Shown here: in pieces, positions 11,214 through 23,102 of the stretch
How positions within the stretch are numbered: position 1 is the first letter of the stretch
Layout of the letters: each line of letters begins with the position of its first letter
Program-made: the position numbers and the translations under genes
The notes under the pieces: model-generated
The model's input: the letters and a program-made list of their open reading frames with translations, nothing else
The model's database searches: none
What the model was told of the DNA's origin: nothing
NCBI RefSeq assembly: GCF_006345805.1
Contig: NW_021834986.1
Location: 1 to 42,941 of the forward strand
Reading direction: 5' to 3'
Length of the DNA stretch: 42,941 nucleotides
From: Octopus sinensis
Lineage: Eukaryota

Positions 11214-11530
11214 GTGGAGGCGCAATGGCCCAGTGGTTAGGGCAGCGGACTCATGGCCGGAGGATCACGGTTTCGATTCCCAGACTGGGTGTTGTGTGTG
11301 TTTATTGAGCAAAAACACCTAAAGCTCCACAAGGCTCCAGCATGGGCTGGTGGCGCCCCTGTTGTACTCTTTCGCCCCAACATTCTCTCACACTTTCTTC
11401 CTGTTTCTTGAGTAACACTGCGATGGACTGGCGTCCCATCCAGCTGGGGGGAACATATATGCCATAGAAACTGGGAAACCGGGCCCATGAGTCTGGCTAG
11501 GCTTGAAAAGGGCACATAAATAAAAATAAA
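11214..11530 (+). mobile_element. tRNA-derived SINE (family C), near full length
   Basis: Head gtggaggcgcaatggcccagtggttagggc...ggtttcgattccc; 3' part ctgcgatggactggcgtcccatccag resembles CR1/L2-tailed SINEs; A-rich end. Confidence 0.75.
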
Positions 11531-11624
11531 TGTTTTTATACAGCGAAAGCTCTTTAGAGGTCTTTCTTGCAGTAAGTTCAACCAGGGATGCAAAATGTGA
11601 AAAAGTAATAATTTCCTTTTATGG

Positions 11625-12010
11625 GTGAAGGTAAGGCTCTGTGGGTTAGGCTCACTTCAAAACCATGTCGTTTCAGGTTCAGTCCCACTGTATAGCACCT
11701 TGTACAAGTGTCTCCTACTATAACCTTGGGCCGACCAAAGTCTTGTGAGTGGATTTGATAGATGAAATCTGAAAGAAACCCATTGTATATATATGTATGT
11801 ATATGTGTGTGTGTGTGTTTATGCTTGTCCCCTCTACCATCACTTGCCAACTGATGCTGGTGTGTTTATGTCCCTCTTTTTCAGCAAAAGAGACCAATAG
11901 AATAAGTACTAAGCTTCCAAAGAATAAGTCCAGAGGGCAATTTCTTTCAATAAAACCCTTTAAGGCAGTGCTCCAGCATGACCACAGTCAAATGACTGAA
12001 ACAAATAAAA
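11625..12010 (+). mobile_element. Decayed composite family A SINE
   Basis: Head, (TA)(TG) tract and tail ...atgactgaaacaaataaaaa. Confidence 0.8.
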
Positions 12011-12353
12011 ATGAAAGAGTGTGTGTGTGTATCTTTTATCTTTTACTTGTTTCAGTCACTAAACTACGACCATGCAGGGACACCATTTTGAAGACTTGAA
12101 TTACATATAATAGAAATATTAAAATTAAAATAACAATAAAATACCGATGATTAAGTAAATTGCAAAAAAATAATAAAACATATATAATTGGTTATATTAT
12201 ATACGTTTTTATTATTTTTTTTTGCAATTTACTTAATCATTGGTATTTTATTGTTATTTTAATTTTAATATTTCTATTATATGTAATTTTCTAGATGGTA
12301 TAATTTAATTGTTCATTTTGAATTGATAAAAGGTGATTTTTTCTAAATTTATA

Positions 12354-12407
<54 letters not shown>

Positions 12408-12409
12408 TT

Positions 12410-12860
12410 AATGGCCAACGATAAGTATCATTGCATGCTTTGAAACTTGAAGTACCACAGAATTTGGATCAAATAAACTCTCCTTCATTTTCTACAATTC
12501 TTTTCCATGTGACTGGTAGACTTATAATGTCTCTCTTCCAAAATTCACTTGTCTGTGACAAAAAATATTCCTCCATCACTGTCCTGAACTTGCCTACAGA
12601 ATTCATATTTTCTCCATTCAAATGATTTTGAAGACTGTGGAATAAACAATAACCAGATGGAGCAATGTCCGGCAAATATGGTGAGTGGGGTGTCGTTTCC
12701 CATTCAAACTGCTCCAGCCTTTGGAATCTCATCCTCATTGCATGTGGCTGAGCATTATCCCACTGGATGAACACCTTTCGTTTTGAAGCTAAAGATGGTC
12801 GTTTTCCTTCTGGTGCTGACTTAAGCCACTCAAGCACCTCACAGAAAACCTCCTTTGTTA
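12410..12860 (-). pseudogene. Mariner transposase C-terminal remnant
   Basis: ORF 12837-12469 gives QWDNAQPH and PHSPYLPDIAPSGYCLFHSLQNHL, degenerate versions of the mariner HDNARPH and HPPYSPDLAPSDYHLF motifs. Confidence 0.9.
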
Positions 12861-13049
12861 TAGTTTAGTTTGGGTTATATTACTGGTATCTAGCATATCA
12901 ATAAGATAAGTCTGTAGGGCTTATGTCCATCATTGAATACTGTGACTCATCTGAGCTGGCAGCTCTGCAAGTTACTCATTGGTCCTGCTCGTTGCATTGA
13001 AAGAATAAGGATTATAAGAACTGTACAATGAACTGTACTAAGATGAGGC

Positions 13050-14120
13050 TGTGGTGATGAGGATGATGGTGGTGGTGGTGGTGGTGGTGGTGGTGGGGTG
13101 GAGGTGGAGGTAGTGATCGTAACAATGAGCATGTGGCGACGATGATGATGATGATAATGATGGTGGTGAATGCAGTGGTAACATGGATGTGGGTGATGAT
13201 GACAGTCACCGTTGTTGTAGTGGTGATGTCGATGGAGATGAGGATGATGATGACGATGATGATGATGGTGATGAAGATGATGATGATGATGATGATGGCG
13301 ACAATGATGATGATGATGACAATGACAATGATGGTGATGGTGGTGGTGGTGGTGGTTGTGGTGGTGATGGAGATGAGGATGATGATGGCAATGGTGATGA
13401 TGATGATAGCGGTGGTGGTGGTAATGATGATTATGATGATGAAGATGATGATGATGATGATGATGACGACAATGATGATGATGATGATGATGATGACAAT
13501 GACAATGATGATGATGGTGGTGGTGGTAGTGATGATTATGATGATGATGACAATGATGATGATGATGATGATGCTGATGATGATAGGGCTAGTGATGAAG
13601 TTCATGGTGACAACAATGCTAATGGTGGTGGCAGTGGGGATGGCAAGAATTACTGATAGAGGATAACAATGGTAATAATGATTTTGTTATTGTTGATGGT
13701 GATGGTGATGGTGGTGGTTGTGGTGGCGGTGCCGGTGGTGAGGATGTTAATGATAATTGTTGTGATGCTGTTGGCAATGATGGTTAGAATTGTATGGGAA
13801 GAATTCTAGAAGATGATGATGTGCGAGTTGCCGGTGGCGGCGGCGATGGTGGTGACGACAGCGAGGATGATGACGATGGTAATGCTGGTGATGATGATGG
13901 TGATGATGATGACGATGAGATGATGATGATGATGATGATGATGGTAGTGGTGGTGGTGGTGATGATGATGGTGATGATGATGATGGTGGTGGTGGTAGTG
14001 GTGGTGGGGTGGGGGTGGGGTGGTGGTGGTGGTGGTGATGATGATGATGGTGACGGTGATGATGATAGTAGTCATGGCAGAAGTAGTAGTGAGTACTGGT
14101 AGTATTGGTGGTGGTGGTGG
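13050..14120. repeat. (GAT/GGT)n microsatellite field
   Basis: Direct inspection. Confidence 0.95.
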
Positions 14121-14519
14121 TGGTTGAGATGTGTTCAGGTATCATTTTCACCTTCTTTGCAAGTTTCATCATTCCCCTTGAGTCAGTGTTCGTTGTTGTT
14201 GTGTGACGTCATGATGGATGACTGGTGAATGGGGTCGGGGCATGGGATGGGTGGGATGAGAGATGGGGAGAGAGAGAGAGAAGGAGAGTGGGAGAGACAG
14301 AGATAGTGAGAGACAGTCGCGAAATAACTGAAAATGAGTGAGAGAAACAAAGATACAGTCATAGAGAAAGAGAGAGAAAGAGAGAGTGTGTGTGTGGGAG
14401 GGAGAGAGAGAGAGAGAGAGAGAGATGAGAAATAATGACGTGACTCAAACAATTTGTCTTTCTTTGTTCTTTAGTCAGTCATTTGTTTCTTGTTGTGGTT
14501 GTTCTTCTTAACTTTTCAT

Positions 14520-14780
14520 CTTGAAGGACATCATTATCGTCAGCATCATCATCATCATCGCCGCCGCTGCCGCCACAACAACCACCACCATTATCATCGT
14601 TATCATCACCATCATCATCATTATCACCACCACCACCACCATCATCATCACCACCACCATCATCATTACCACCATCATCATCATCATCACCACCACCACC
14701 ACCGCCATCATCAACATCATCATCATCATCATTATCACCATCATCATCACCACCACCACCATCATCATCATCATCATTCA
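14520..14780. repeat. (CAT/CAC)n microsatellite
   Basis: Direct inspection; forms the tail of the minus-strand element at 14775-14960. Confidence 0.95.
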
Positions 14781-14960
14781 GCATCTGTGTTCCATGCTGG
14801 CAAAGTTCAATGGAATCCAGTGGCCCCCAAGAACTGCATCATGCAGAAAGGTTTATTTGGCATTGTCCCTACAACTGGGTTGCCCTTTCTATCGCCAACC
14901 ACTTTGCACCTGCTCTAGTGACATCCTCATGCAGCCTGCAGGACTACGAACCCCGAGTAG
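14775..14960 (-). mobile_element. LINE-type tail element, decayed
   Basis: Reverse complement reads ggttggcgatagaaagggcaacccagttgtag...gccagcatggaacacagatgctgaatgatgatg, matching the 5.3 kb tail. Confidence 0.65.
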
Positions 14961-15199
14961 GGTGGAAAGCAGATGACCAGCATTATGAGTCAGATATTGA
15001 TGATGATGCTGATGTTGATGCTGATGGTGATGACATTGGTGGTGGTGGTGGTGGTGGTGGTAATGTGGATGTTGATGAAGATGATGATACTGATGATGAT
15101 GATGACCAGCCTTATGGTTTGGAAAAAAATATTTTAATACATAAAATCCTAAGTTGACCTGAACAAGATTTGAACTCATAGTATGAAGATTTGGAATAA

Positions 15200-16000
15200 A
15201 TAACAGCAAGGCACTTCTGTCTGCTGCCCTAACAATTCTGACAACTTGAAACAGTGCTACTGTATGGGGATGAGATATGGAAGTCTAAAAAGAGCAAAGA
15301 TCCCCTTTAGTCATGAATGACCATGGGATTGCACCTAGAAAGTTACCCTCTGAGGCACAAGTCCTTGCAAGGTTGTTTATGGAAGACCAGCAGTCACCCA
15401 TGCATACCCAGCTTTTCTTCTCCACGCCACCGGTGTTATCCAAGGGAAAGGCAAAGGGGCTGATACAGCTTGGCACCTGTGATGTCCCAACTCATTTCTA
15501 CAGCTGAGTGAACTGGAGCAATGTGAAATAAAGTATCTTGCTCAAGAACACAACACACAGCCTAGTCTGGGAATTGAACTCACTACCTCATGTTTATGAG
15601 TCATGCCACTTCATACAGAAGTATATGAAAGTCACAACAAAAAAGATCCAGATTTTCATCAAACTCTATTACCTCAAGATGTGATTCAGAATCCATTGGT
15701 TGCAGAGAGTAATCAGCAGCATAGCTTTGTCAGGGTGGGACAAGCCTTACCGATTCTTGTTGCTATGGAGAGGAAAAGTGGCATGAGTTCAGATGCACCC
15801 TCAAAATTCTACAGCATTGTGGTGTCAGGCAGTCTCTATGACAGAAAACTCTGGGGCAAAAGGAAGCGAGGAAGGCCAGGGAACACTTGGTGTCCTGAGC
15901 TGGAGAATGGAGGAAAATGTACTGGTCTGATCCAGGAGTCAATTGGAGAGAAAAACCCGAATAGGGTTAAGGGCAGAGATGCTTATATGCCAAGAAGGGC
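15200..16000 (+). pseudogene. RTE-clade LINE, decayed post-RT C-terminal region, interrupted by a SINE
   Basis: TVLLYGDEIWK (15251-15283; compare VLLYGSETW), KKIQIFIK...RIHW after the SINE, and GKRKRGRPGNTW (~15855-15890; compare GKRxRGRPKxTW). Stops and frameshifts present. Confidence 0.8.
15295..15605 (-). mobile_element. Family B SINE inserted in the RTE remnant
   Basis: Near-full-length match to other family B copies. Confidence 0.85.
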
Positions 16001-16074
16001 CAAGTGCCAAAGTGAGGTCAACATGCCCCTTATCTGTCTAATCTGCAGCAAATTATTATTCTTTGTTTCCCATG

Positions 16075-16400
16075 AAGATGCATGGCTGTGTGGATTGGGT
16101 ATTGGACTCATGATTATAAGGTTGTGAGTTCAATTCCTGACGGTTCATTGTAACCTGAAGCAAAAGACTTTATTTCACATTGCTCCAATCCATTCAGCTG
16201 GCAAAAATGATTAATGCCAGTAATTCAAATGGCCAGTCTTCTCATATTCTGTATCATGTTGAATCTCCCTGAGAACTACGGGTACCCATGTCTGTGGAGT
16301 ACTCAGCCATTTGCACATTAATTTCATGAGCAGGCTGTTTTATTAATCAGATCAATTAGAACACTCATCATCATAACTAATGGAGAATGGAGTGCCACCT
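16075..16400 (+). mobile_element. Decayed tRNA-derived SINE (family D)
   Basis: Head gcatggctgtgtggattggg...gtgagttcaattcctg; central tttatttcacattgctccaatccattcagctg shared with family B, but a different 3' half. Confidence 0.6.
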
Positions 16401-16405
16401 TTTTA

Positions 16406-16971
16406 TTGGGTTGTCCGGAAAGTTCGTGCCGATTTTTAAAGGAAAGAAAAATGTCAATAAATACTTGCCATTACAATTTTTAATCCACCAAATATGAACC
16501 ATTTTGTTGCACAATGCATCTCCATCTTTCCTTTAACTTGAAAATATCTGCTTCCCAGAATTGAGGTGGTTTCATGGCAAAGAATTCATCAAGGTATCTT
16601 TTTACGTCATCCAAGGAATTGAAATTTTTACCATTAAGACTATTCTATAGAGCCCTGAATAAGTAGAAATCCAAAGGAGCAATATCTGGTGAATATGGAG
16701 GTCGGGTAACACATCCCAGCCGAGCTGTAGCAATTTTTGTCTGGTTCCCAAAGCATCGAGTGCCAAAAATGAACTTTCTTATATTCCATTTTAAAGGGTT
16801 ACAGAATTAACACACGTTATAGGAACATAAACCTTCTTCTACGAAAAGATAGCTTAAACTATGCTCTAAATGGAGGTGTAGTCAAATCCTATTTTATGGA
16901 CTCAACCGTGTTCTAAAATAAGTCGAAAGTTAAGCTGCTATAAATCGGCACAAACTTTCCGGACAACCCAA
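16406..16971 (-). mobile_element. Internally deleted mariner element (566 bp)
   Basis: 30 bp TIRs ttgggttgtccggaaagttcgtgccgattt (one mismatch), TA both sides; minus strand encodes RPPYSPDIAPLDFYLFRAL...RWRCIVQQNGSY. Confidence 0.92.
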
Positions 16972-17204
16972 TATAATTATTTGTTTCTGTTATTGAATTG
17001 TGACCACACAGAACAGCTTCTAGAGGTAGCATTAACTCCATTAACTTCTCTTTGTATTTTATCAACTGATGCTGGGAGGATGAAAAGCAAAGTGAATCCG
17101 ACAAGATCTTAACTCAGAACATAAAGAGAGATAATCAGATATGACAATATATTTTGTTTGACGCTCTACCAGTTCTGTCATCCGTTCACTTTTTACTTTT
17201 CTCT

Positions 17205-17640
17205 TTTATTTCCTCTTTTACTTGTTTCAGTCATTTGGCTGCGGCCATGCTGGAGCACTGCCTTTAGTTGAGCAAATCAACCGCAGGACTTATTCTTTGG
17301 AAGCCCAGTACTTATTATGTCGGTCTCTTTTGCCAAACCACTAAGTTATGGGGACGTAAACACAACATCATCAGTTGTCAAGCGATGTTGGGGGGACAAA
17401 CACAGACACACAAACAAATACACATACATATATATATATATATATACATACATATATATATATATATACATATATACGATAGGTTTCTTTCAGTTTCTGC
17501 CTACCAAATCCACTCACAAGGCTTTGGTCAGCCCAAGGCTATAGCAGAAGACACTTGCCCAAGGAGCCACGCAGTGGGAATGAACCGGACACCATGTGGT
17601 TGGTAAGCAAGCTACTAACCACACAGCCACTCCTGCGCCT
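17205..17640 (-). mobile_element. Full-length composite family A SINE
   Basis: Reverse complement of the 4765-5205 structure. Confidence 0.9.
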
Positions 17641-17720
17641 AATTTTTTTTTTGAATTCTTTAATTCTTTTTTGCATTCTTTTTATATTTTACATTTTTAC
17701 TTTTTCCTATATTTTTACAG

Positions 17721-17895
17721 TGAATTGAAGAGTATTTTGTCTGAGTTTTCTCCTACAATGAAGAAACTTGTTGATGTTGGAAAGACAAAACCAGAAGCAA
17801 GATCATCTCCTCCAAGCAAGAACCCAAATCCGTATATTTTACCAGAGCCTGAAGGGAAGGCATTGCTGTGTTCCAGGACCATTCCTACCAAGTCT
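17721..17895 (+). CDS. Probable internal exon of an unidentified host gene (ELKSILSEFSPTMKKLVDVGKTKPEARSSPPSKNPNPYILPEPEGKALLCSRTIPTKS)
   Basis: Long pyrimidine tract and ttttacag| acceptor; 175 nt open, non-repetitive reading frame; donor tct|gtatgt. Phase 2 to phase 0. Protein not recognised. Confidence 0.6.
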
Positions 17896-18035
17896 GTATG
17901 TGTTAATTAAGTCTGTAGGACAGTTCACACCTCTCATTTGCATTCTTTCAATAGTTTAGTCATGTTGTTCCCATGTTGTGGTGGCCATGTATAAATTCCA
18001 GTCAGAGAGCAATACAGTGTAATTTGAAGAATCAG

Positions 18036-18066
<31 letters not shown>

Positions 18067-18079
18067 GTCATCATCATCA

Positions 18080-18690
18080 TCATTTAACATCCATTTTCCA
18101 TGCTAGCACGGGTTGGATGGTTCAACTGGGGTCTGGGAAGCCAGGAGGCTGAACTAGTCTCCAGTCTGATCTGGCAGTGTTTCTACAGCTGGATATGCCC
18201 TTCCTAACACCAACCACTCCAAGAGTGTAGTGGGTGCTTTTTATGTGCCACCGGCACAGGGGCCAGATGGGGCTATGTCTGGAAAACCAATTTCAGGACT
18301 GCAATGGTCTTCTGATGCACTGAGATTGACTACATACATGCAAAGTGCTCTGTATATGCATTTCTGTGCATATTTATGCATAGGTGTGTATATCATCATC
18401 ATCATCGTCGTCCTCATTTAATATCCATTTTGGCATGGGTTAGACAGTTTGACTGGAACTGGTATGCTGGATAGCTGCACCAGGTTCTGGTCCGATCTGG
18501 CATGGTTTCTACAGCTGGATGCCTTCTTAAAGCCAACCACGTCAGGAGTGTAATGGGTTCATTTTATGTGCCACCGGCACAGGTACCCGTTATGTGACCC
18601 CAGCATCAGCCCCAACTATGATTCCACTTGGCTTGATGGGTCTTCTCAAGCACAGCATATTGCCAAAGGACTCAGTCATTTGTCACCACC
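18080..18690 (-). mobile_element. Two tandem LINE-type tail elements with (CAT)n ends
   Basis: Reverse-complement matches to the 5.3 kb tail at ~18080-18265 and ~18415-18690. Confidence 0.7.
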
Positions 18691-18735
18691 TCCTGTATAA
18701 ATATATAATATATAAGCTATAATACATATATGTAT

Positions 18736-18772
<37 letters not shown>

Positions 18773-18789
18773 AATAAGGATAATATCGA

Positions 18790-19062
18790 TATTTAAATAT
18801 CGATCTTATCAAGTGGCCAGCATGGGAATAAATATCATACAAAGGTAATAATTATTTAAAACTATAAATAAGGGTATCTGAGAGATACCACCATGCCGAA
18901 ATAGCAGTCAAAACCCTGACCCTAAAATCCACCTTGAATGTTCATATCGTGCCATGAGATAAGACAGAGAGACAAAATAAACTAGCAAAAAAGATTTTAT
19001 TGGATAATTTTACATGCTATTTTGGCATGGTGATATATCTCAGATACACTTATTTATAGTTT

Positions 19063-19065
<3 letters not shown>
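18790..19065 (-). mobile_element. Copy of the element that follows the 1.4 kb HHR, with an inverted partial arm
   Basis: Reverse complement aligns to 1481-1720 (attatccag/a..., gctatttc.gcatggtggtatctc..., ccacttgataa). Arms 18857-18906 and 19015-19064 are inverted. Confidence 0.75.
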
Positions 19066-19111
<46 letters not shown>

Positions 19112-19122
19112 CACACACACAC

Positions 19123-19162
<40 letters not shown>

Positions 19163-19297
19163 CATCTAATGTAGGATAAAATTTTTTCGAAAAAATAATT
19201 TTATCAATGGCCAGCATATTAAAAAATACCTTCAAAGGTTAAATTTATAAATAACTTATAAAATAACTTATTTTATAAGTTATATATATATAAGTTA

Positions 19298-19705
19298 TAG
19301 GCACAGGAGTGGCTGTGTGGTAAGTAGCTTGCTAACCAACCACATGGTTCCGGGTTCAGTCCCACTGCGTGGCATCTTGGGCAAGTGTCTTTTGCTATAG
19401 CCCCGGGCCGACCAATGCCTTGTGAGTGGATTTGGTAGATGGAAACTGGAAGAAGCCTGTCGTATATATGTATATATATATGTATGTATGTGTGTGTTTG
19501 TGTGTCTGTGTTTGTCCCCCTAGCATTGCTTGACAATCGATGCTGGTGTGTTTACGTCCCTGTCACTTAGCAGTTCGGCAAAAGAGACCGATAGAATAAG
19601 TACTGGGCTTACAAAGAATAAGTCCCGGGGTCGATATGCTTGACTAAAGGCAGTGCTCCAGCATGGCCGCAGTCAAATGACTGAAACAAGTAAAGGAGTA
19701 AAAGA
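19298..19705 (+). mobile_element. Full-length composite family A SINE
   Basis: Same three-part structure as 4765-5205. Confidence 0.9.
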
Positions 19706-19756
<51 letters not shown>

Positions 19757-19784
19757 ACATGTATATGTATGTATCATCATCATC

Positions 19785-20065
19785 ATCAAACGTCTGTTGT
19801 CCCTGCTGGCATGGGTTGGACAGTTTGACCAGGGCTAATATGCTGTAAGGCTGCACCAGACTCCAATCTGTTTTGGCATGGTTTCACCAGCTGGATGCCA
19901 TTCCTAATGCCAACCACTCTGAGAGTGTAATGGGTTCTTTAACATGCACCCAGCACAGGTGCCATTTGCATGACACCATGGTGTATTTACGTGCCACCAG
20001 TATGGGTGTCAATTTGTGCGACACCAGTATCTGCCATGACTGCGATTTTGCTCAGCTTGATGGGG
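19785..20065 (-). mobile_element. LINE-type tail element
   Basis: catcatcatcaaacgtctgttgtccctgctggcatgggttggacag... matches the other tail copies. Confidence 0.7.
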
Positions 20066-20222
20066 TCTGAATATCCAGTCTTTTGAATAAATTGCATGAA
20101 TTTTATCAAAGAATGTTTCATTATGCTGAAAACCTTAAGACAATTGTTGAAAAAAATAATGACAAAGATCTTGGTTCCTATATATTGCGAAGACCAATTT
20201 GGTAGAAAGCCAGGAATACAGA

Positions 20223-20460
20223 GCGGCGAGCTGGCAGGAATGTTAGCACGCCGGGCGAAATGCTTAGCAGTATTTCATCTGTCGCTACATTCTGAGTTCA
20301 AATTCCGCTGAGGTCAACTTTGCCTTTCATCCTTTCGGGGTCGATAAATAAAGTACCAGTTACGCACTGGGGTCGATATAATCTACTTAATCCCTTTTTC
20401 TGTCATTGTTTGTCCCCTCTATTTTTAGCCCCTTGTGGGCAATAAAGAAATATATATATT
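20223..20460 (+). mobile_element. tRNA-derived SINE (family E), near full length
   Basis: ggcgagctggcaggaatgttagcacgccgggcgaaatgcttagc...gagttcaaattccgc (B box); decayed copies at ~0.45, 17.0, 26.5, 30.4-30.6, 31.1-31.35 and 34.4 kb. Confidence 0.85.
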
Positions 20461-21612
20461 GTGGAGACCCCCTTTGGCCAGGAATGACCATGGGATTGCA
20501 CCTAGAAAGTTATGCTTCAAGACCCAAGATCGGGCAAAATTGTTTATGGAAGACCAGCAGTTGCCCATGCATACTAGTCTCACCTATTTCTAGCAAGTGG
20601 CTTGAAAATGTTTTTGTTTTTTAGCATGTTGCTGGTTTGGTTAAATTTATTGCCAGTGGACAGCAGACAGCAGCAACCACAACCATAACAACACTGACAA
20701 CACCAACGATATCAACATTATCGAAGACAATAACATCGATATCAAGAAAAAAAAACAACAAATAGCAAAAACAAAATAAAAAGGAAAACAATAGTGTTGG
20801 AAGATTAACAATAAAAAAAGTGTATAAAAAATATCAACAAAAAGAAACAAACACAAAAGCAAACAACTATAAAAAAAACCTACAACAAAAACAGGAACAA
20901 AAGATTAAAAGAAGCAAAAAAATTAAATAATAACCAAAGTTAGTCTTTTTTTTTCTGTCTGACCCCTACAAGACCTGAGTTTTTAGGGGGGTTTTTAATT
21001 CTCTGATATTTTATAATATTTTAATTTATGTCATTATTTTAATAATGAAGTTTATATGTTTTATTGTAATTTATTTAAATGTGGTATATTTGTTTGATTT
21101 TTTTTTTGGCTATTTTTTTATATTAAAAAATATCTTCTTTGTATTGTGTTTTGAGGTGTTTCATTTTTTTTTGCTTCTTTTTATTTTTAAGACGGTGACG
21201 TGTTTAGTGGCAAAATTCCAAGATTATCTCGTTAAGATATTAAAAGATTAATAGTCGTGTCCATTTCCCCCCATGTACATGCACTTGAACTCAGACAAAT
21301 GATCCACCTCCTCCTTCTCCTCTTCCTCCTCCGCCTCCTCCTGTTCCACATCATCATCATTAACATCATCATCATTGTCATCATCATAATTATTATCAAC
21401 ATCATCGTCGCCGCAACCACCACAACCGCCACCACCATCACCATCATCACTGTCATCGTAATCTTCATAATTTATCATCAATCATCATCATCACCATCAT
21501 AATCATCATCATCATCATTATCCTTATTTAAAATGACCACTTGACCAATCAGCATGGAAGTCACTGTCCAAACACACACCAACCTTCCTGACCCAAGGAT
21601 ATGCTGTCTCCT

Positions 21613-21667
<55 letters not shown>

Positions 21668-22119
21668 ACTACTACTATTACTACTACTACTATAGTGACC
21701 TCTGCTCCTCAGAACATGGTTGACCTCATGCCACCTCCATCCAGGACTGGCTGAGAAACTTCTCTCCTTGTTCTTTACATTGTTTATTTCATGTCCTCTC
21801 ATTTCACTCAGGCCACACCCTTGCCAACCACTGGCTACCAGATGCTTTGGTGTCGCTGCTTTGATGCTGACTTATTTGACATCAGAGATTTCGATTGTTC
21901 TCTCCATCCATTCGTCCTTCATCTCTTTCTCTCTCTTCCTTTCTCCTTTCCTCCCTCTTCTTTGTTTACATGTATGAGTGCCTAGTTACATTTTATATGT
22001 ATGTGTAATATCTCTCCTCCTCTCTTCTCTCTCTTTCTTCCCTTTTTCTATGTGTGTGAGTATATTTCTCTTTTTGTGTCTGAGGATAGGGAAGGCATTT
22101 ATGTCAATCATGTGATTGC

Positions 22120-22745
22120 CCCTTCAGTCATGGATAACTATGGGGTTGAACCTAGAAAGTTCCCCTTCAAGGTACAAGTCTGAGTAAGGTTGGCTATATC
22201 AACCTCGCCTCTCCATGCCATTATATTATATGTTCATAGTGTAAAGGGTCAAGACCCTCTTCAGTCATGAATGACCATGGGATTGCACCTTGAATGTTCC
22301 CCTCCCCAAAGCACAAGACTGGGCAACATTGTTTATGGAAGACCAGCAGTTGCCCATGCATACCAGCCTCCCCTCTCCACACCATTATATGTACATAGGC
22401 TAAAGGGTAAAGACCCCCTTTGGACATGACTGACCATGAGATTGCATCCAGAACGTTCCCCTCCGAAGAACAAGTCCAGGCAAGGTTGTTTATGGAAGAC
22501 CAGCAGTCACCCATGCATACCAGCCTCCCTTCTCCATGCCACTGATGTTATCCAAGAGAAAGACAAAGGCTGATACAGCTTGGCACTTGTGACATCACAA
22601 CTCATTTCTACAGCTGAGTAAACTGGAGTAGCATGAAATAAAGTGTCTTGCTCAAGAACACAACACACAGCCTAGTCCAAGAATTGAACTCACTACCTCA
22701 GGATTGTGAGTCTGACACTCTAACTACTGAACCATGTACCTTCAT
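22120..22745 (-). mobile_element. Family B SINE with its 3' end reiterated twice
   Basis: Full copy ~22745-22400 followed by two further copies of the terminal ~110-145 bp. Confidence 0.85.
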
Positions 22746-23102
22746 TTCAATCATGTACAATTAACAAATTGTAATATTTCTTTTTCTCTATTTCTTTTTC
22801 ACTCTTTCTATCTGCATGTGTAGATTTTTGCATGCACATGCATATATGTGTGTTTGGTATTTCCAGCACCAAAAGATATCATTCCCAAAACATGCTGAAT
22901 GTCCAGTGAACTGTGCCATATCATCAGTGTCAAAACAGCCAGTGCCCAATCACTTCATTCAATAAAATCAGAAACCATCCCTCTTATGCATTTTCAGTTT
23001 CTGTGCCCCTTGTATTTCTACAGTATATCTTGGCTGTTGATTATGATTGATTCCATTTGATCTATTTATTACTCTACAGAATGTACTGGGTGCTAGTACC
23101 GC

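Noticed and set aside
14000-14035. G-quadruplex-like gggg runs
   Set aside because: They lie inside a (GGT)n microsatellite and are expected from composition; there is no evidence of function.
14780-14990. Non-repetitive-looking open frames (MESSGPQ..., HLCSMLAKF...)
   Set aside because: The reverse complement matches the LINE-type tail family ending in (GAT)n, so it is not an exon.
15603-16127. 174 aa ORF as a host gene
   Set aside because: It is a frameshifted mosaic of RTE LINE C-terminal motifs running into a SINE head.
20079-20205. Protein-like frame LLNKLHEFYQRMFHYAENLKTIVEKNNDKDLGSYILRRPIW*
   Set aside because: Only 41 codons, weak acceptor, no good donor, phase-incompatible with the 17.7 kb exon and no recognised homologue. 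Worth a BLAST but unsupported.
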